From the NCBI RefSeq assembly GCF_030435755.1, contig NC_080855.1, forward strand, positions 24,722,445 through 24,786,444: a DNA stretch of 64,000 nucleotides, read 5' to 3'. The notes under the pieces were generated by a model. The model had not been told where the DNA came from. It saw nothing but the letters and a program-made list of their open reading frames with translations, and did not search any database. The stretch is from Ochotona princeps (lineage: Eukaryota). The position numbers and the translations under genes were made by a program. The stretch's first letter is position 1; each line of letters starts with the position of its first letter. Positions 1 to 11,084 of the stretch are shown one piece after another.

Positions 1-84
1 AGGAAATGATGAGAATACACGAAAAGGACTCCACTTCACGAAAGAAGATTTTTGTCATCAGAAAAAAAAGAAATTCTTTTTTTT

Positions 85-411
85 TTAAGATTTTATTTAT
101 TTTATTGGAAAGGCAGATGTACAGAGGAGGAGAGACAGAAAGGAAGATCCTCCATCTGATGATTCACTCCCTAAGTGGCCGCAACGACCATTGCTGAGCC
201 GCTCCAAAGCCAGGAGCCAGGAACTTCTTTCTGGGTCTCCCACGCAGGTACAGGGTCCCAAGGCTTTGAGCTTTCTTCTAATGATTTCCCAGGCCAGAAG
301 CATTGACCTGAATGGGAAGTGGAGCAGCCAGGACATTAAGCAGCACCCATATGGGATCCCGGCACATGCAAGACAAGGACTTTAGTTACTAAACTATCAC
401 ACTGGGCCCTC
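85..411 (-). mobile_element. C-repeat SINE (rabbit tRNA-derived), antisense
   Basis: T-rich tail complement, core ggtacagggtcccaaggctttgagc…, tRNA-like head complement …gggatcccggcacatgcaagacaagg. Confidence 0.8.
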
Positions 412-438
412 TGTGCTATTTTTTTAAGAATTTCTTTT

Positions 439-752
439 GGGCGCAGCGTGATAGCATAGTGGTTGGGGTCCTTGCCTTGAGCGCGCCGGGATCCCCTTGG
501 GCGCCGGTTCTAATCCTGGTGGCTCCACTTCCCATCCAGTTCCCTGCTTGTGGCCTGAGAAAGCAGGCAAGGATGGGCCAAAGCCTTGGAACCCTGCACC
601 TGTGTGGGAGACCCAGAAGAAACTTCTGGCTTCAGATCAGCTCAGCTCTGGCCATTGTGGCCACCTGGGGAGTGAACCTGCAGATGGAAGATCTTTCTCT
701 TTGTCTCTCCTTCTCTCTGTAAATCTGACTTTCCAATACATAAATCTTTAAA
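439..752 (+). mobile_element. C-repeat SINE, sense; followed by (AG)n
   Basis: Head gcgcagcgtgatagcatagtgg…, core ccacttcccatccagttccctgcttgtggcctg, tail region, then agagag. Confidence 0.85.
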
Positions 753-772
753 AAAGAGAGAGAGAGAGAGGG
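753..772. repeat. (AG)n microsatellite
   Basis: agagagagagagagag. Confidence 0.8.
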
Positions 773-1008
773 CTGGCACGATAGCATAGTGGTTAAAGTC
801 CTCGCCTTGAACGTGTTCTAATCCTGGCAGCCCCGCTTCCCATCCAGCTCCCTGTTTGTGGCCTGGGAAAGCAGTCGAGGACAGCCCAAAGCCTTGGGAC
901 CCTGCACCTGCGTGAGAGTCCCGGAAGAGCTCCTGGCTTCTGGCTTTAGATCAGCTCAGCTCCAGCCATTGCGGTCACTTAGGGAGTGAACCAGTGGATG
1001 GAAGTGAC
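772..1008 (+). mobile_element. C-repeat SINE, sense, 3'-truncated
   Basis: ggctggcacgatagcatagtggttaaagtcc…cccatccagctccctgtttgtggcctgggaaagcagtcgaggacagcccaaagcc. Confidence 0.85.
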
Positions 1009-1282
1009 CATACAACATGCCCATGGCCCCTCCACCACACTCGGAGAAGCTGTGGCCTAGGCCACAGCAAGGCATTTAGTATGGGGTAGGGGAGATGGGA
1101 TTGGAAAGAAACTGAAGCCCAACTGTCACAGGCCTATAATGAAGCTGGCAAGCTTCTTTTGGAAAGAGCCAAACAGGAGATATTCTGGCGTCTGTAAGCC
1201 CCATGGTTCCCTCCACTCCTTAGCCTCAGGCACTGCACCTGGGAAACCACCATCAAGGACCCGTGATAAAACTAGACTACTG

Positions 1283-1646
1283 GGGCCGGGTGGTAGTCTA
1301 GTGGCTAAAGACCTCGCCTTGTATGTGATGGGATCCCATATGGGTGCCGGTTCATATCCCGGTGGCCCACTTTCCATCCAGCTCCCTGCTTCCAATTTTA
1401 GTATTTGTGCAACCAAAGCTCCAGCTCCCTGCTTGTGGCCTGGGAAAGCAGTCAAGAACAGCCCAAAGCCCTGGGACCTCGCAGCTGCATGGAAGACCTG
1501 GAAGATGCTCCTGGTTTCGAATAGGCAATGCCACTATTGTGGCCACTTGGGAAGTGAACCAGCAGATAGAAGATCTTTGTCTCTGTCTCTCCTTTGTCTC
1601 TACAGATGTGACTTTACCAGTAAAAATAAACAGATCTTAAAAAAAA
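1283..1646 (+). mobile_element. C-repeat SINE, sense (with internal duplication of box region)
   Basis: tRNA-like head, two copies of the …cagctccctgctt… segment, A-rich tail. Confidence 0.8.
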
Positions 1647-1968
1647 TGGCCTGGTTCAGTAGCCTAGTAGCTAGTTCTCGCCTTGCCTGCCCGGGATCCC
1701 ATATGGTTGCCTGTTCGTTCATATCCCGGCAGCTCCACTTCCCATCCAGCTCCTTGCTTGTGGCCTGGGAAAGCAGTCGAGGACAGCCCAAAGCCTTGGG
1801 ACCCTGCACCTGCGTGGGAGACCCGGAAGAAAACTCTTGGCTCCTGGCTTCAGCTGAGCTCCAGCTGTTGCGGTCACTTGAGGAGTGAACCAGTGGACGG
1901 AAGATCCTTCTCTCTGTATATCTGACTTTCCAATAAAAACACATAAATCTTAACAACAACAAGAAAAA
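1647..1968 (+). mobile_element. C-repeat SINE, sense
   Basis: ccggcagctccacttcccatccagctccttgcttgtggcctgggaaagcagtcgaggacagcccaaagcc…ctgactttccaataaaaacacataaatctt. Confidence 0.85.
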
Positions 1969-2284
1969 ACTAGACTACTGGTCAGATTGGATCTGCAGGC
2001 TGTGATTCCACACCCCCTAGCCTAGAACAGGCCTTAGGCCTTTGAACTTGAACTTCCCAGTGGGAATTTTAGGGAGCTGCCCAGCTACAGTCTGGGCGGT
2101 GCTTCCCAGCCCCTCCCACTGGTCCCTTAGTGGTGCTTACCTCGCTGCTCCTTCCCCCATTGTGTCTGCTTCCCCAGCAAGGCGTGTCTGACTCCCTCCC
2201 CACAGCAGTCCTGATAGGACCCATCACAGTGGGCCTGGGAGGCAGCTCTGATAGCTGCACAAGAGAGGGGGGCCTGGTCCTTAC

Positions 2285-2480
2285 TGGTACTTGAGAGTCT
2301 CCTGATAGTTCCTCCAGTTGGCGACCTCCAGAGAGCAGCTGTCCAGGCCCCGGACACAAGGCGGGTCATTGGCTCCGGCTGTCCCATCCACAAAGGGACG
2401 CAGTCTCACAGCCACCCGCACACGGGCTGGAGGCGGCCGGCGGCCAGTGCCCATCTTGCTTAGCCGACAGCGACCAGCTC
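2285..2480 (-). CDS. KIF22: KIF22 (kinesin-like DNA-binding protein / Kid) internal coding exon (exon 2); acceptor ...ctcttccag|GAGCTGG (phase 1), donor CA|GTAAGG
   Basis: Minus-strand ORF 2281..2532 translates [66 protein letters not shown]. This is near-identical to the human KIF22 N-terminal motor-domain start (…[66 protein letters not shown]). A polypyrimidine tract plus AG lies upstream and GTAAGG lies downstream. Downstream exons fall outside the window (lower coordinates are SINEs/intron). Confidence 0.85.
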
Positions 2481-3757
2481 CTGGAAGAGAGAAGGAAAGT
2501 GTTAGGCACGCAGCTTGGTGGTCATAGCTCATTTACAGGGGAGCACTTTACCCTGGCTCTGCCGTGGGCAGCCCTGACGAGAGGTTAGGGAGTGCTAAGC
2601 AGGCCTCTCCAGCCATGGTGAATACACAAATATCCTGGAAGATATGGCTCAAGTATAGGTTTGGCTGCAGTCCCCCAGATCCTGCACTTCTAACAAGTGC
2701 CTGGGTTTAGCTATGGGACCGTTTGATGGGCCAAGATGGGCAGGTCAGCTTCTCAGAGCTGTTCCAAGGACTGAGCTGACAGGCAGCCCCAGGTGGATCC
2801 AGATAATGAACTCTCTCTCTGTTCCTCACCTGCATTTAGACATACACAGAGGTACCCAAACACGCTCCCTAACCATTCATGGTAGTTTTCTCTGAGCAAG
2901 GACTGCGTGGCTGTTTTTCTTGTTGCCCATTCTGTAATGCTCCAATGGTTGCATTTATAAAAAACACCCATACTCAACCTCTTTGTTTGGCAGGGATCAG
3001 GTTGCAGAGCAGCTGGCAAGCCCTTGCTGTCCCAGCTCAGTCTGCAAAAGGCCCTGACAAGAAATTCTTATAAGCATTCCACTGAGCTTGCTTCTACAGG
3101 TTAAATCTAGGTCACTTGGAGAGATGATGGGCATGGGCACTAGGCCGCACTTGGGGGGCCCGCATCTCCTGTCAGTGGGCCTGTGTGGGAGTCCCCACTC
3201 TGCTTCCGGCTCCAGCTTCCTACGCTCAAGTACCATGGGAGGCAGCAGGGCACAGTTCAAGTACCCGAGGCCCTGGCACCCTCATAAGAGAACTTTGCAT
3301 TGAGTTCTGTGCTTCTGCTCAAACAGGGCCATCACAGGCATTTTCAGGAATGTACTGGTGGTTGGAAAAAAAACCTCAGACTGCTATCTCTCACTGCTCT
3401 TCAAATAAACATAAATATGTTTAGAAAGCACAACAAAGACAAAGACTTTAAGTGTATTTCTGGGAGGATTAAGTAATCTGAAACTGTCTTTTGAGTTGTA
3501 TACTACTGTGGAGGGTAGCGTGGATTCCACAGTTTGCAGCTGGTAGCAGAATTCAAACTAGATCTCCTCCCCTCCCAAATTTGCTTTTAATGAGGATGCC
3601 CATGGCCTTCCATGGTGGGCCAACTCTGCCTGCCTCCTCCCAGCTGGGGACCTACAGGCCTCAGAGGAGACAAATGTTGTTCTGGCATAAGAGACCAACA
3701 TCGACACAGCAAGACAAAAAGAAGACAAAAAGTTACCTATAGGGGCGGAATCGGAGA

Positions 3758-3975
3758 GGCTGGCATTGTGGCACAATGGGTTAAGCCACCATCTGCAATC
3801 CCAGCATCCACAAGTGCTAGTTTAAGTCCTGGCTACTCTGGATTCAATCCTTAAAACAGGATGGCACAAGTGCTTGGGCCCCTTCCACCCAAGCGGGAAA
3901 AGCAATGGAGTTCCTGACTACTGGCTTCATGGAAGATCTCTTACTCTAACTGCCTTTTAACTAAAAATAAGTACA
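3758..3975 (+). mobile_element. Divergent tRNA-derived SINE (C-repeat-related/older subfamily)
   Basis: ggctggcattgtggcacaatgggttaagccacc…ctaactgccttttaactaaaaataag. Confidence 0.5.
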
Positions 3976-4214
3976 TAACCCTCCCCCACACCCCCCACAA
4001 TGGATCTCCTAACCCCCTACCCCTCATCACCAAACAGCTCACAGAGCACCTGGCCACCTGGTTCTCACGGTAATCCTGAGAGTCAGGACCAAGCAGGGGA
4101 ACACATGCAGATGTACACGCACGCAGACAGAACATGAGGGGCGCACGGCAGGACTGACTTGCCTAACACACACAGGTGCCACCTCCGCCTCGCCAGCCCA
4201 GGGTTTCAGAGAAT

Positions 4215-4530
4215 AAGATGGCAGATGCAGTGTGGTGACACAGCAGGCAGAGCTACCACCTGCAATGCCAGCAACCCATATGAGTGCCAGGTCAAACAAA
4301 TCCACCACTTTCCATCCAGTTGCCTCTGAATGCACTTGGGACGGCAATAGACTATAGCCGGGTACAGGGCCCTGGCACCTACGGAGGCGACCCTGATGAG
4401 TTCTTGCTTCTAAGCTTTGGCTTGGCCCAGCTCCGGTTATAGCAGCTATTTGGGGAGTGAACCTGTGGGTGGAAGACCTCTCCTTCTCTAACTCCGCCTT
4501 AATTTCTTACCTATAAAACAGGAGTATCTG
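4215..4530 (+). mobile_element. Divergent C-repeat-like SINE
   Basis: …ccactttccatccagttgcctctgaatgcacttgggacggcaatag…gggagtgaacctgtgggtggaagacctctcc. Confidence 0.5.
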
Positions 4531-4771
4531 TTGGGTTGTTCATTAAGGAAGAATTAAGCTAATTCATCTAAAGTGCTTAGAACAGCATCCTATGCTTGGC
4601 TAAAGTGTTCATATACATCCCCCACTTTGCAGATGAAATTTCTGCATGACTGGATCAGCTAACTGGCCCAAAGTCAAGTTAATGAGAGCTTCAAATCAAA
4701 GTCTGATTCCAAAGTGCATTACGTCAGCTTGCAGGCCCCCACAGCACCTTTACTTTGTTTTTTGTTTTAAG

Positions 4772-5085
4772 GCTGATTTTTTTAATTGGAAAGTCAGATA
4801 TACAGAGAGGAAGATATTCCGTCCACTGGTTCACTCCCCAAGTGGCCTCCAACAGCTGGAGCTGAGCTCTGATCCGAAGCCAGGAGCCTGGGTCTTCTTC
4901 CAGGTCTCCCATGCGGGTGCAGGGTCCCAAGGCTCTGGGCCATCCTCGACTGCTTTCCCAGGCCAACAAGCAAGGAGCTGAATGGGAAGCAGGCTGCCGG
5001 GATTAGAACCGGTGCCCATATGGGATCCCGGGCGTACAAGGCAAGGACTTAAGCCACTAGGCTACCATGTGGGGCCCAGGACCAC
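4772..5085 (-). mobile_element. C-repeat SINE, antisense
   Basis: …ggtgcagggtcccaaggctctgggcc…gggattagaaccggtgcccatatgggatcccgggcg. Confidence 0.85.
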
Positions 5086-5204
5086 CTGCGCTTTGAATCC
5101 CCATGAATCTGGAGCCAGAGACCATCCCACCTACTGGCTGTGTGATCTCAGAAAGGTGGCCTAACTGTGCAACCTCAGTGTCTCTACAAAAATAACAACA
5201 GGAG

Positions 5205-5400
5205 GGAAGGGGGCAACATTGTGGCACACATGTTAAGACTCCTGTGGAAGATGGCCCAAGCGTTTGGGTTCCTGCACCTACATGGGAGACCTGACAGAAG
5301 CTCTGGGCTCCTAGATTTGGTCTGGCCCAGCCCTGGGCCATTTGGGGAATGATCCAGCAGATGGAAGATTTCTGTCTCTCTCTGTAACTCTACTTTGACT
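5205..5400 (+). mobile_element. C-repeat-like SINE, partial
   Basis: gcaacattgtggcacacatgttaag…ggccatttggggaatgatccagcagatggaag. Confidence 0.55.
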
Positions 5401-5424
5401 GTGGGATGGGGGGGATCTTTTAAA

Positions 5425-5735
5425 GCACCAGCATCTCATATGGGCCCCAGTCAGTGTCCCAGCTGCTCCACTTTCACATCCAGCTCTGTGTGTCTCCTGG
5501 GAAAGCAGTGAAGGATGGCCCAAAGCCTTGGGACCCTATACCCATGGGGGAGGGAAGAAAGAGGGGGGACCAAAAGGAGGTTCCTAGCTCCTGGCTTCAG
5601 ATCAGTTCAGTTCCAGCCATTCCAGCCATTTGGGGAGTGAAACAGCAGATGGAAGGGAAGATCTTTCTCTGTCTCTTCTCTCTGTAAATCTGCCTTTCCA
5701 ACAAAAAGAAATAAATCTTCAAAAAAAAAAAAATT
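5425..5735 (+). mobile_element. C-repeat SINE, sense, poly-A tail
   Basis: …gctgctccactttcacatccagctc…gggaaagcagtgaaggatggcccaaagccttgggaccc…aaaaaaaaaaaaa. Confidence 0.8.
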
Positions 5736-5744
5736 GAAAGCCAG

Positions 5745-6030
5745 GGTTAAAGAGAGAGTATGAGAGAGAAAGGGAGAATCTTCCGTTACTGGTTCACTCC
5801 CCAAATGGCTGCAACAGCCAGGCCGAAATCACCAATCTAGCGCTACCTCCAGATCTCCCACATGGGTGCAGGGGTCCAAGCACTTGGGCCATCCTCTGTG
5901 GCTTTCCTAGGCACATCAGCAAGGATCTGCACAGGAAGTGGAGCCGCGGGGTATAGAACCATATGAACTGGGTATAGTGCTCATATGGGATGCCAGCCTC
6001 CCAGCCTGTGGCTTTAGTCGCCATGCCATA
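5745..6030 (-). mobile_element. C-repeat SINE, antisense
   Basis: …ggttcactccccaaatggctgcaacagccagg…gggtgcaggggtccaagcacttgggcc. Confidence 0.75.
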
Positions 6031-6377
6031 ATCCTTTCCCCTGCACATCCATATTCTGAGTTGTGCTGGCATCTCGGGTACCTCCAACTCCCCCCGTTCT
6101 AAACTGAGCCCTGCCCCATCCCGCTGTAGTCTCAGCTCTTCCTCTGCCCCCACGGTGAGTGAAGCCAACCAAGATGGGTCTGTAATTCCACCTCTTCTCT
6201 TCCAACCAGTCAATTATTCACAACTGTAACTTTCTTAGTTGATCTGTAAATGAGTCCACTACTCCACCCTGCTCCCCAGCCTCCGGCCTCCTCTGCAATC
6301 CTCCCTCCGCTCCTGACACTGCACAGCTCAGTCCCTGTGGTTCCTAAGTTCTCTCACACCTATGAGCCTTCATTCTT

Positions 6378-6708
6378 TTTTTTTTAAAGATTTATTTATT
6401 TTTATTGTAAAGTTAGATATACAGAGAGGAGAGACAGGAAGATCTTCCGTCCGATGATTCATTCCCCAACTGACTGCAATGGCCAGTGCTGTGCTGATCC
6501 GGAGCCAGAAGCCTGGAACTTCCTCCAGGTCTCCCATGCGGGTGCAGGGTCCCAAGGCTTTGGGCTGTCCTCGACTGCTTTCCCAGGTCACAAGCCAGGG
6601 AGCTAGATGGGAAGTGGAGCTGCCAGGATTAGAACCGGTGCCCATATGGGATCCCAGTGTGTTCAAGGAGAGGACCTTAGCCACTAGGCCACCATGCTGG
6701 GCCCAAGC
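6378..6708 (-). mobile_element. C-repeat SINE, antisense (near-consensus)
   Basis: T tail, then …gggtgcagggtcccaaggctttgggctgtcctcgactgctttcccagg…gaaccggtgcccatatgggatccc…gccaccatgctgggccc. Confidence 0.9.
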
Positions 6709-6844
6709 CTTCATTCTTGCTCCCTGGAACATCTCTGTCACTGCTGCTTCCACTCTATCTCCTAAGTGACTGAGATAAAATAATCACCATTCTTTAAAAA
6801 CAAACAAAAACACGAGACACCTCTGTGACATAGAAGGCTAATCT

Positions 6845-7140
6845 GCCTACAGCACCAGCATCCCATTAGGGCACTGGTTAATGTCTCGGGTGCTCCACTT
6901 TGGATTCAGCTCCCTGCTTATGGACTGGGAAGCAAAACAGGGGATGGCCCAAGGCCCTGAGTCCCTGCACCCAATGGGAGACCTGGAAGAAGCTCCTGGC
7001 TCCTGATTGGCCCAGTTCCAGCCACTGTCCACTGTGGCCATTTGGAGAGTGAACCGAATGGAGTGGACGGAAGTGGTTGGAAGTGGTGTCTCTCCTTCTC
7101 TCTGTAAACTGGTCTTTTCAATAAAAACAATATTTAAAAC
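6845..7140 (+). mobile_element. C-repeat SINE, sense, divergent
   Basis: …gtgctccactttggattcagctccctgcttatggactgggaag…ctctctgtaaactggtcttttcaataaaaac. Confidence 0.7.
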
Positions 7141-7299
7141 ACACACCCCAACAGCCCCCTCCCCTGTAGAAAGGACCATCCTCCTCCAGCGTGGTCAGGC
7201 AGCCCATAGCTCTCTGTGGCTCCTCCAAGCAGGTATATTGTACACTCCACACAGCTGCAGCCTCCCCGACTTCTCTCCCTAACTGCGAACTCTAATGAG

Positions 7300-8300
7300 T
7301 TCACTCTGCTGCCCTTCCAGCACTCGGGCAGTGGGGGGGGCTGGGGGCAGAAGGGGAGTGACTGAACAGCCTCAGATTTGATGAAGAAGCTCGCCCTCTC
7401 CCCCCGGCTCCCTCCTTTCCCATTCCCGTTCTTGCCCCAGCTGCAGCTCGGTCTGGACCTCGGACCCAACTTCCGCCTCTCCAGGGAGCTCCTCGTACCC
7501 AAACACTGGATTCTACCCACAGTCCTTTCCTCACCCCGCAAAACACACCTGCGGCCCCAGTTCCCTTCAGCTGGTCTCCCCCTGATGGCTCCAGGCATCT
7601 TTCCACAGAAGTGAAGCTCCACAAGGACCGGGGCCGGGCCTCTCCCCCTTAACGCCAACCGACCCGAGCGCAGAACGAGGCGGACCGGTAGTAAAGTGGG
7701 GAGCTCCCCATCCCCGCACCCCCACCGTTCCCGTCTCCCCGACAACACGCCGAGCCACGACCAGACTCGGCAACATCACCCCACGAGAGCTCCAGGTTTC
7801 AGGATCCGACCTCCCCCAGGCCAGAGCCCCGTACCTGAGGCCGCCGCTGCCATCCCGCGCCGCCTGGGGTGTGCCGAGGCCCTGGCATCCATCCCAGTCA
7901 CTCCCTCCCTCCGCCCGCCTCTCCCGTTCGAATTTGCTGGGCCCCGCCCCCCGCCCGTGCTCCACCAATCAAAACTACCCGCTGCCAGACGTCCCTGCTG
8001 GCGAAGCGCTGCGGTACCAACCTCTAGCGGCTCGCCTCCGGGTCCTTCAAGAAAAAGCTTCCCCTGGCGCAGGGAGCCTGCGTGCGCCCGTCACGGAGCC
8101 GTTGACGTTGCCGCGCGCGCACGACCGCGGCACCGGGCGCTCTAGACATCTGCCTCGGTGGTAATTGGCGGAAGCGGCTGTGCGCCATTTCCAGGCGTGG
8201 GGGGTTTGCAATGTGGAGACTTGACGAAGCAGAGAACGAGCCCGAAGAGAAATCACAGGGAGGTTAGCAAGTTTCGGGAAACCGGCGATTTACCACGACT
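7300..8300 (-). promoter_or_regulatory. KIF22: CpG island with CCAAT boxes (ccaatca ~7963; attggcgg ~8164). Probable KIF22 promoter and 5' exon region.
   Basis: Very high GC and CpG density (many cgcg/gcgc). TATA-less, with CCAAT/GC-box motifs. Located ~5.5 kb upstream (minus strand) of KIF22 exon 2, with no other gene expected between ZG16 and KIF22 by synteny. The minus-strand segment ~8188 (ATGGCGCACAGCCGCTTCCGCC…) resembles the human KIF22 exon-1 coding sequence at DNA level, but no in-phase GT donor was found, so the exact exon is unresolved. Confidence 0.45.
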
Positions 8301-8336
8301 CCGCGGGAACCAAAAGGGGATGAAACTCTAACAGCT

Positions 8337-8500
8337 CTAAGCTGACTGCCTTTGCCCGTACTTCTTGCTTGCGTCCGCATTCTTATTTAAAGCTTGACAG
8401 AACACACCGGCGGGGCTCAGCCATTTTGGAATGATCCAGGCTGACGGTCTGGGAGGAATATCGGTCCTTTCTTGTCCACAGGTGGCTGGCGACTCCCTGG
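8337..8500 (+). repeat. Diverged direct repeat copy 1 (LTR-like/unclassified); partner at 10152-10310
   Basis: About 160 bp of recognisable homology with 10152-10310 (…agctgactgcct…cattct…aaagcttgaNag…cccggcggggctcagccatttt…cttgtcNNcaggNtNgcg…). Confidence 0.35.
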
Positions 8501-10151
8501 TGGTCTGTTCAAGAACAGGATAAAACACGGGTCCTGCTGTCCCCGAGGTCGCCTGCTTCCCTGGTCCGGAGCCCGCGACCCGGGCTTGGGGACTCCAAAG
8601 CACAAGCCCCCGCAGGTGTCGGGTTTCCTTCCGAGGCTTGAGCGTGGACCGCGGACCCAGGGACGCAGACGCCTCTGGTGGGAAAGGGGCAACGTCTGAA
8701 CGGGTGAGTCTGTGCTCAGGGGCAGCCACGTCGGCCGACACAGGACGGGTGTGTGTGAGTGAGTGAGCTGGGGCCACGGGATCTGAGTGGGCTCTAACCT
8801 GCGGTTCCATCCTGATTCCAGTCCACCGATCATTCTGGAGTTTCAGCACATCTAAAATGAGGCCTTGTCCTACAGGTCATGGTAGGTCATTTTAAAACAG
8901 GATTTTCAGGAATATACAGGACTGGCCAACCTTCGGATATGACACTGGACATTTCACTAATTTCCCCATATGTGTGTTTGGGAACCCTTGATCAGTCCCC
9001 CTACATAGACTCTTGGTGTTCGCTTGTTTCTGCTACCAGATCCCCAGACACCTGGCCAAGCTCTCGCAGGTCACCAAGCTGCCCCCGAAACCACCGCCAT
9101 GTGCCTCTGGGACCCAAGCTGGGAAACTTGAGATAAGGTCTCAGGGGTTATTCCCATGCCAGGTGCAGGTAGGTTTGCCCTTCCTACAAAAAGATGGTTG
9201 CTGGAGCCCTCCAAGGTTGCTGATGTTATCCAGCAAGATCCACAGCATGGCTTCATGCCCTTCGACCCCGAAGCACCTAGTCACCAATTGCTGAACGGCT
9301 CCAAACCCAAATTTTAAGAAGATTGTTAGATATGCTAGGCTACCCCAGTCTCCTGTGTGGAGGTGGAACCTGAACAGGGTGACTTGTCCCAACCCGAGGG
9401 ATGACCCCAGGTTGAGGTGTACTGAAGTGCTGGTGCTAGGAGGGGTGGGGCGGGGAAATGGCCAAAACCATCCAGACTGCCCAGTGCTGACAGCCAGTGC
9501 CTCGGCCACATGGCAACCTTGTTCAGCTGACCAGGAACGTATTTCGCCACTTGGGAAAATCCAGCTGGTCCTAGCTATAAACTTGGACTCAGTAGGACTG
9601 ATGGTACAGCCTTGCCAAGAGTGGGCTATATTCATTTGCTTGTTCCTCAAGAGTGTTTCAGCTGGTACCCTGGAGCTGCGGCCGTAAAAGTACAACAAGG
9701 ACAACTCAGCCAGTTAACCCTACAAATAAAGATTGCCTGGACCATGGTCCAGAAAAGCCAGGTAGTCTGACACTGTGCGGCATAGCAGGAGAGGAGACAA
9801 GCGGAAAGCTGTGTACGCCTCCACTAGGGGCGTGGCTTCTGTGTGTGCCAGCCAGGAGTAGTAAGAGAAAATGCCAAACAATTGCTGGAAAGAGTACAAG
9901 GAAAGAAGAAATAGGCCTCCTCAGGGTGCCAGGCAACTTGGACTTGTGTGAAAGTTCCTCACACATTTCATTCGGTCCGGCGTTGAGACAGATTCCAGCT
10001 GCTAGCACAAGTGGATCTGAGAAACCTGCAAGAAATGGACCAGAGATTAAGGTGGTGAGAGGAGGGAATGGGGCAGAAGAAAAGCCAGGATGGAGTCCTC
10101 AGAGAGCTTGGGAAGTCTGGGAAACTGAACCTAATGTGGAATGAAAGTACC

Positions 10152-10310
10152 AACTCAAAGCTGACTGCCTCTAATTAGCTTTTGTCCGTGCTCCCTCATT
10201 CTTGCCCTCTAAAAGCTTGAGAGAATAGCCCGGCGGGGCTCAGCCATTTTACAGTGGGAGAAATCGTAGTTCTTCCTTGTCTGCAACAGGCTAGCGGTTC
10301 CGGACACTGA
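10152..10310 (+). repeat. Diverged direct repeat copy 2 (partner of 8337-8500)
   Basis: See copy 1. The two copies lie ~1.8 kb apart in the same orientation. No primer-binding site or gag/pol was recognised between them. Confidence 0.35.
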
Positions 10311-11084
10311 GCCAATGCACCCCATGTGTCCCAGTGCTGTGGATGATTCTCTGTCTCCCAGCGGCATAGGTGCTCCCAGCAAACAAGGAAACTGATGCCT
10401 GGCAATGGGTAAGAGTGACCTGCGCTATGCCACCTTGCTCCTAGTGGCATCAGTTCCTTGGGTGTTTAGTGGATTGCAGGCTCCTGTACAGTCAACGCCC
10501 CCAGCCTCCCTGCAGAGCCCAAGGCCACTGTGTGTTGCCCTGTGTTGTGCCCCTGCTGCAGAGGTTTCTCCCTTAGGAATTCACCACCTGCTGAGTCAGC
10601 CTCGCCCACCAGCCAGTGCCCCTATGAGCTCAGCAACTCGAGTAGTTCAAGATCGAGACTGGCTTTTTTGTATGAAAAGAATTGGGTGACACTACGTCTT
10701 GTAAAATAGCCATTCCACTAAGTTAAGCAGCAGAGGCTGGTTTTGTTATGGGAACCTGGGTGCCTCCCAATGGACAAGCGCTCCACCCCTCCCCTGGAGA
10801 TACTCTTGACAAAAACGGTTGAACCTGGGTCTGGCTTTCACTGGCTAAGACTCTAAGCAGCTCAGAAGTCTTCAGATGCGACTCTACCAGGAGAGCCTCA
10901 AAGCACAGTCTCTGGAGTTGTCTTTCAGGTTTGTATACATGTTCTGGAGATAGGTGCAGTCATCATCCACGCTGGATGGAGTCAGGTCCCACCACAAAAG
11001 CAACACCTGTGCACATGGGCATGAAGTACCCAGAGGTCACCTTGGGCTTATTTTTAAATTTTTATTTTATTATTATTTTTTAAT

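Noticed and set aside
7134-8145. Long ORFs on both strands across 7134-8145 (204 aa minus, 149 aa plus, 133 aa minus)
   Set aside because: CpG-island artefacts: GC-rich sequence lacks stop codons. The peptides are Pro/Arg/Gly-rich with no homology.
9141-10144. ORFs of 187 aa (minus) and 163 aa (plus) in unique sequence upstream of ZG16
   Set aside because: No homology, no splice-site support, and mixed composition. Between ZG16 and KIF22 no gene is expected by synteny. Likely chance ORFs.
8337-10900. Possible endogenous retrovirus between the two diverged direct repeats
   Set aside because: No tRNA primer-binding site, polypurine tract, gag/pol/env motifs or TG…CA LTR termini could be recognised. 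Kept only as an LTR-like repeat pair at low confidence.
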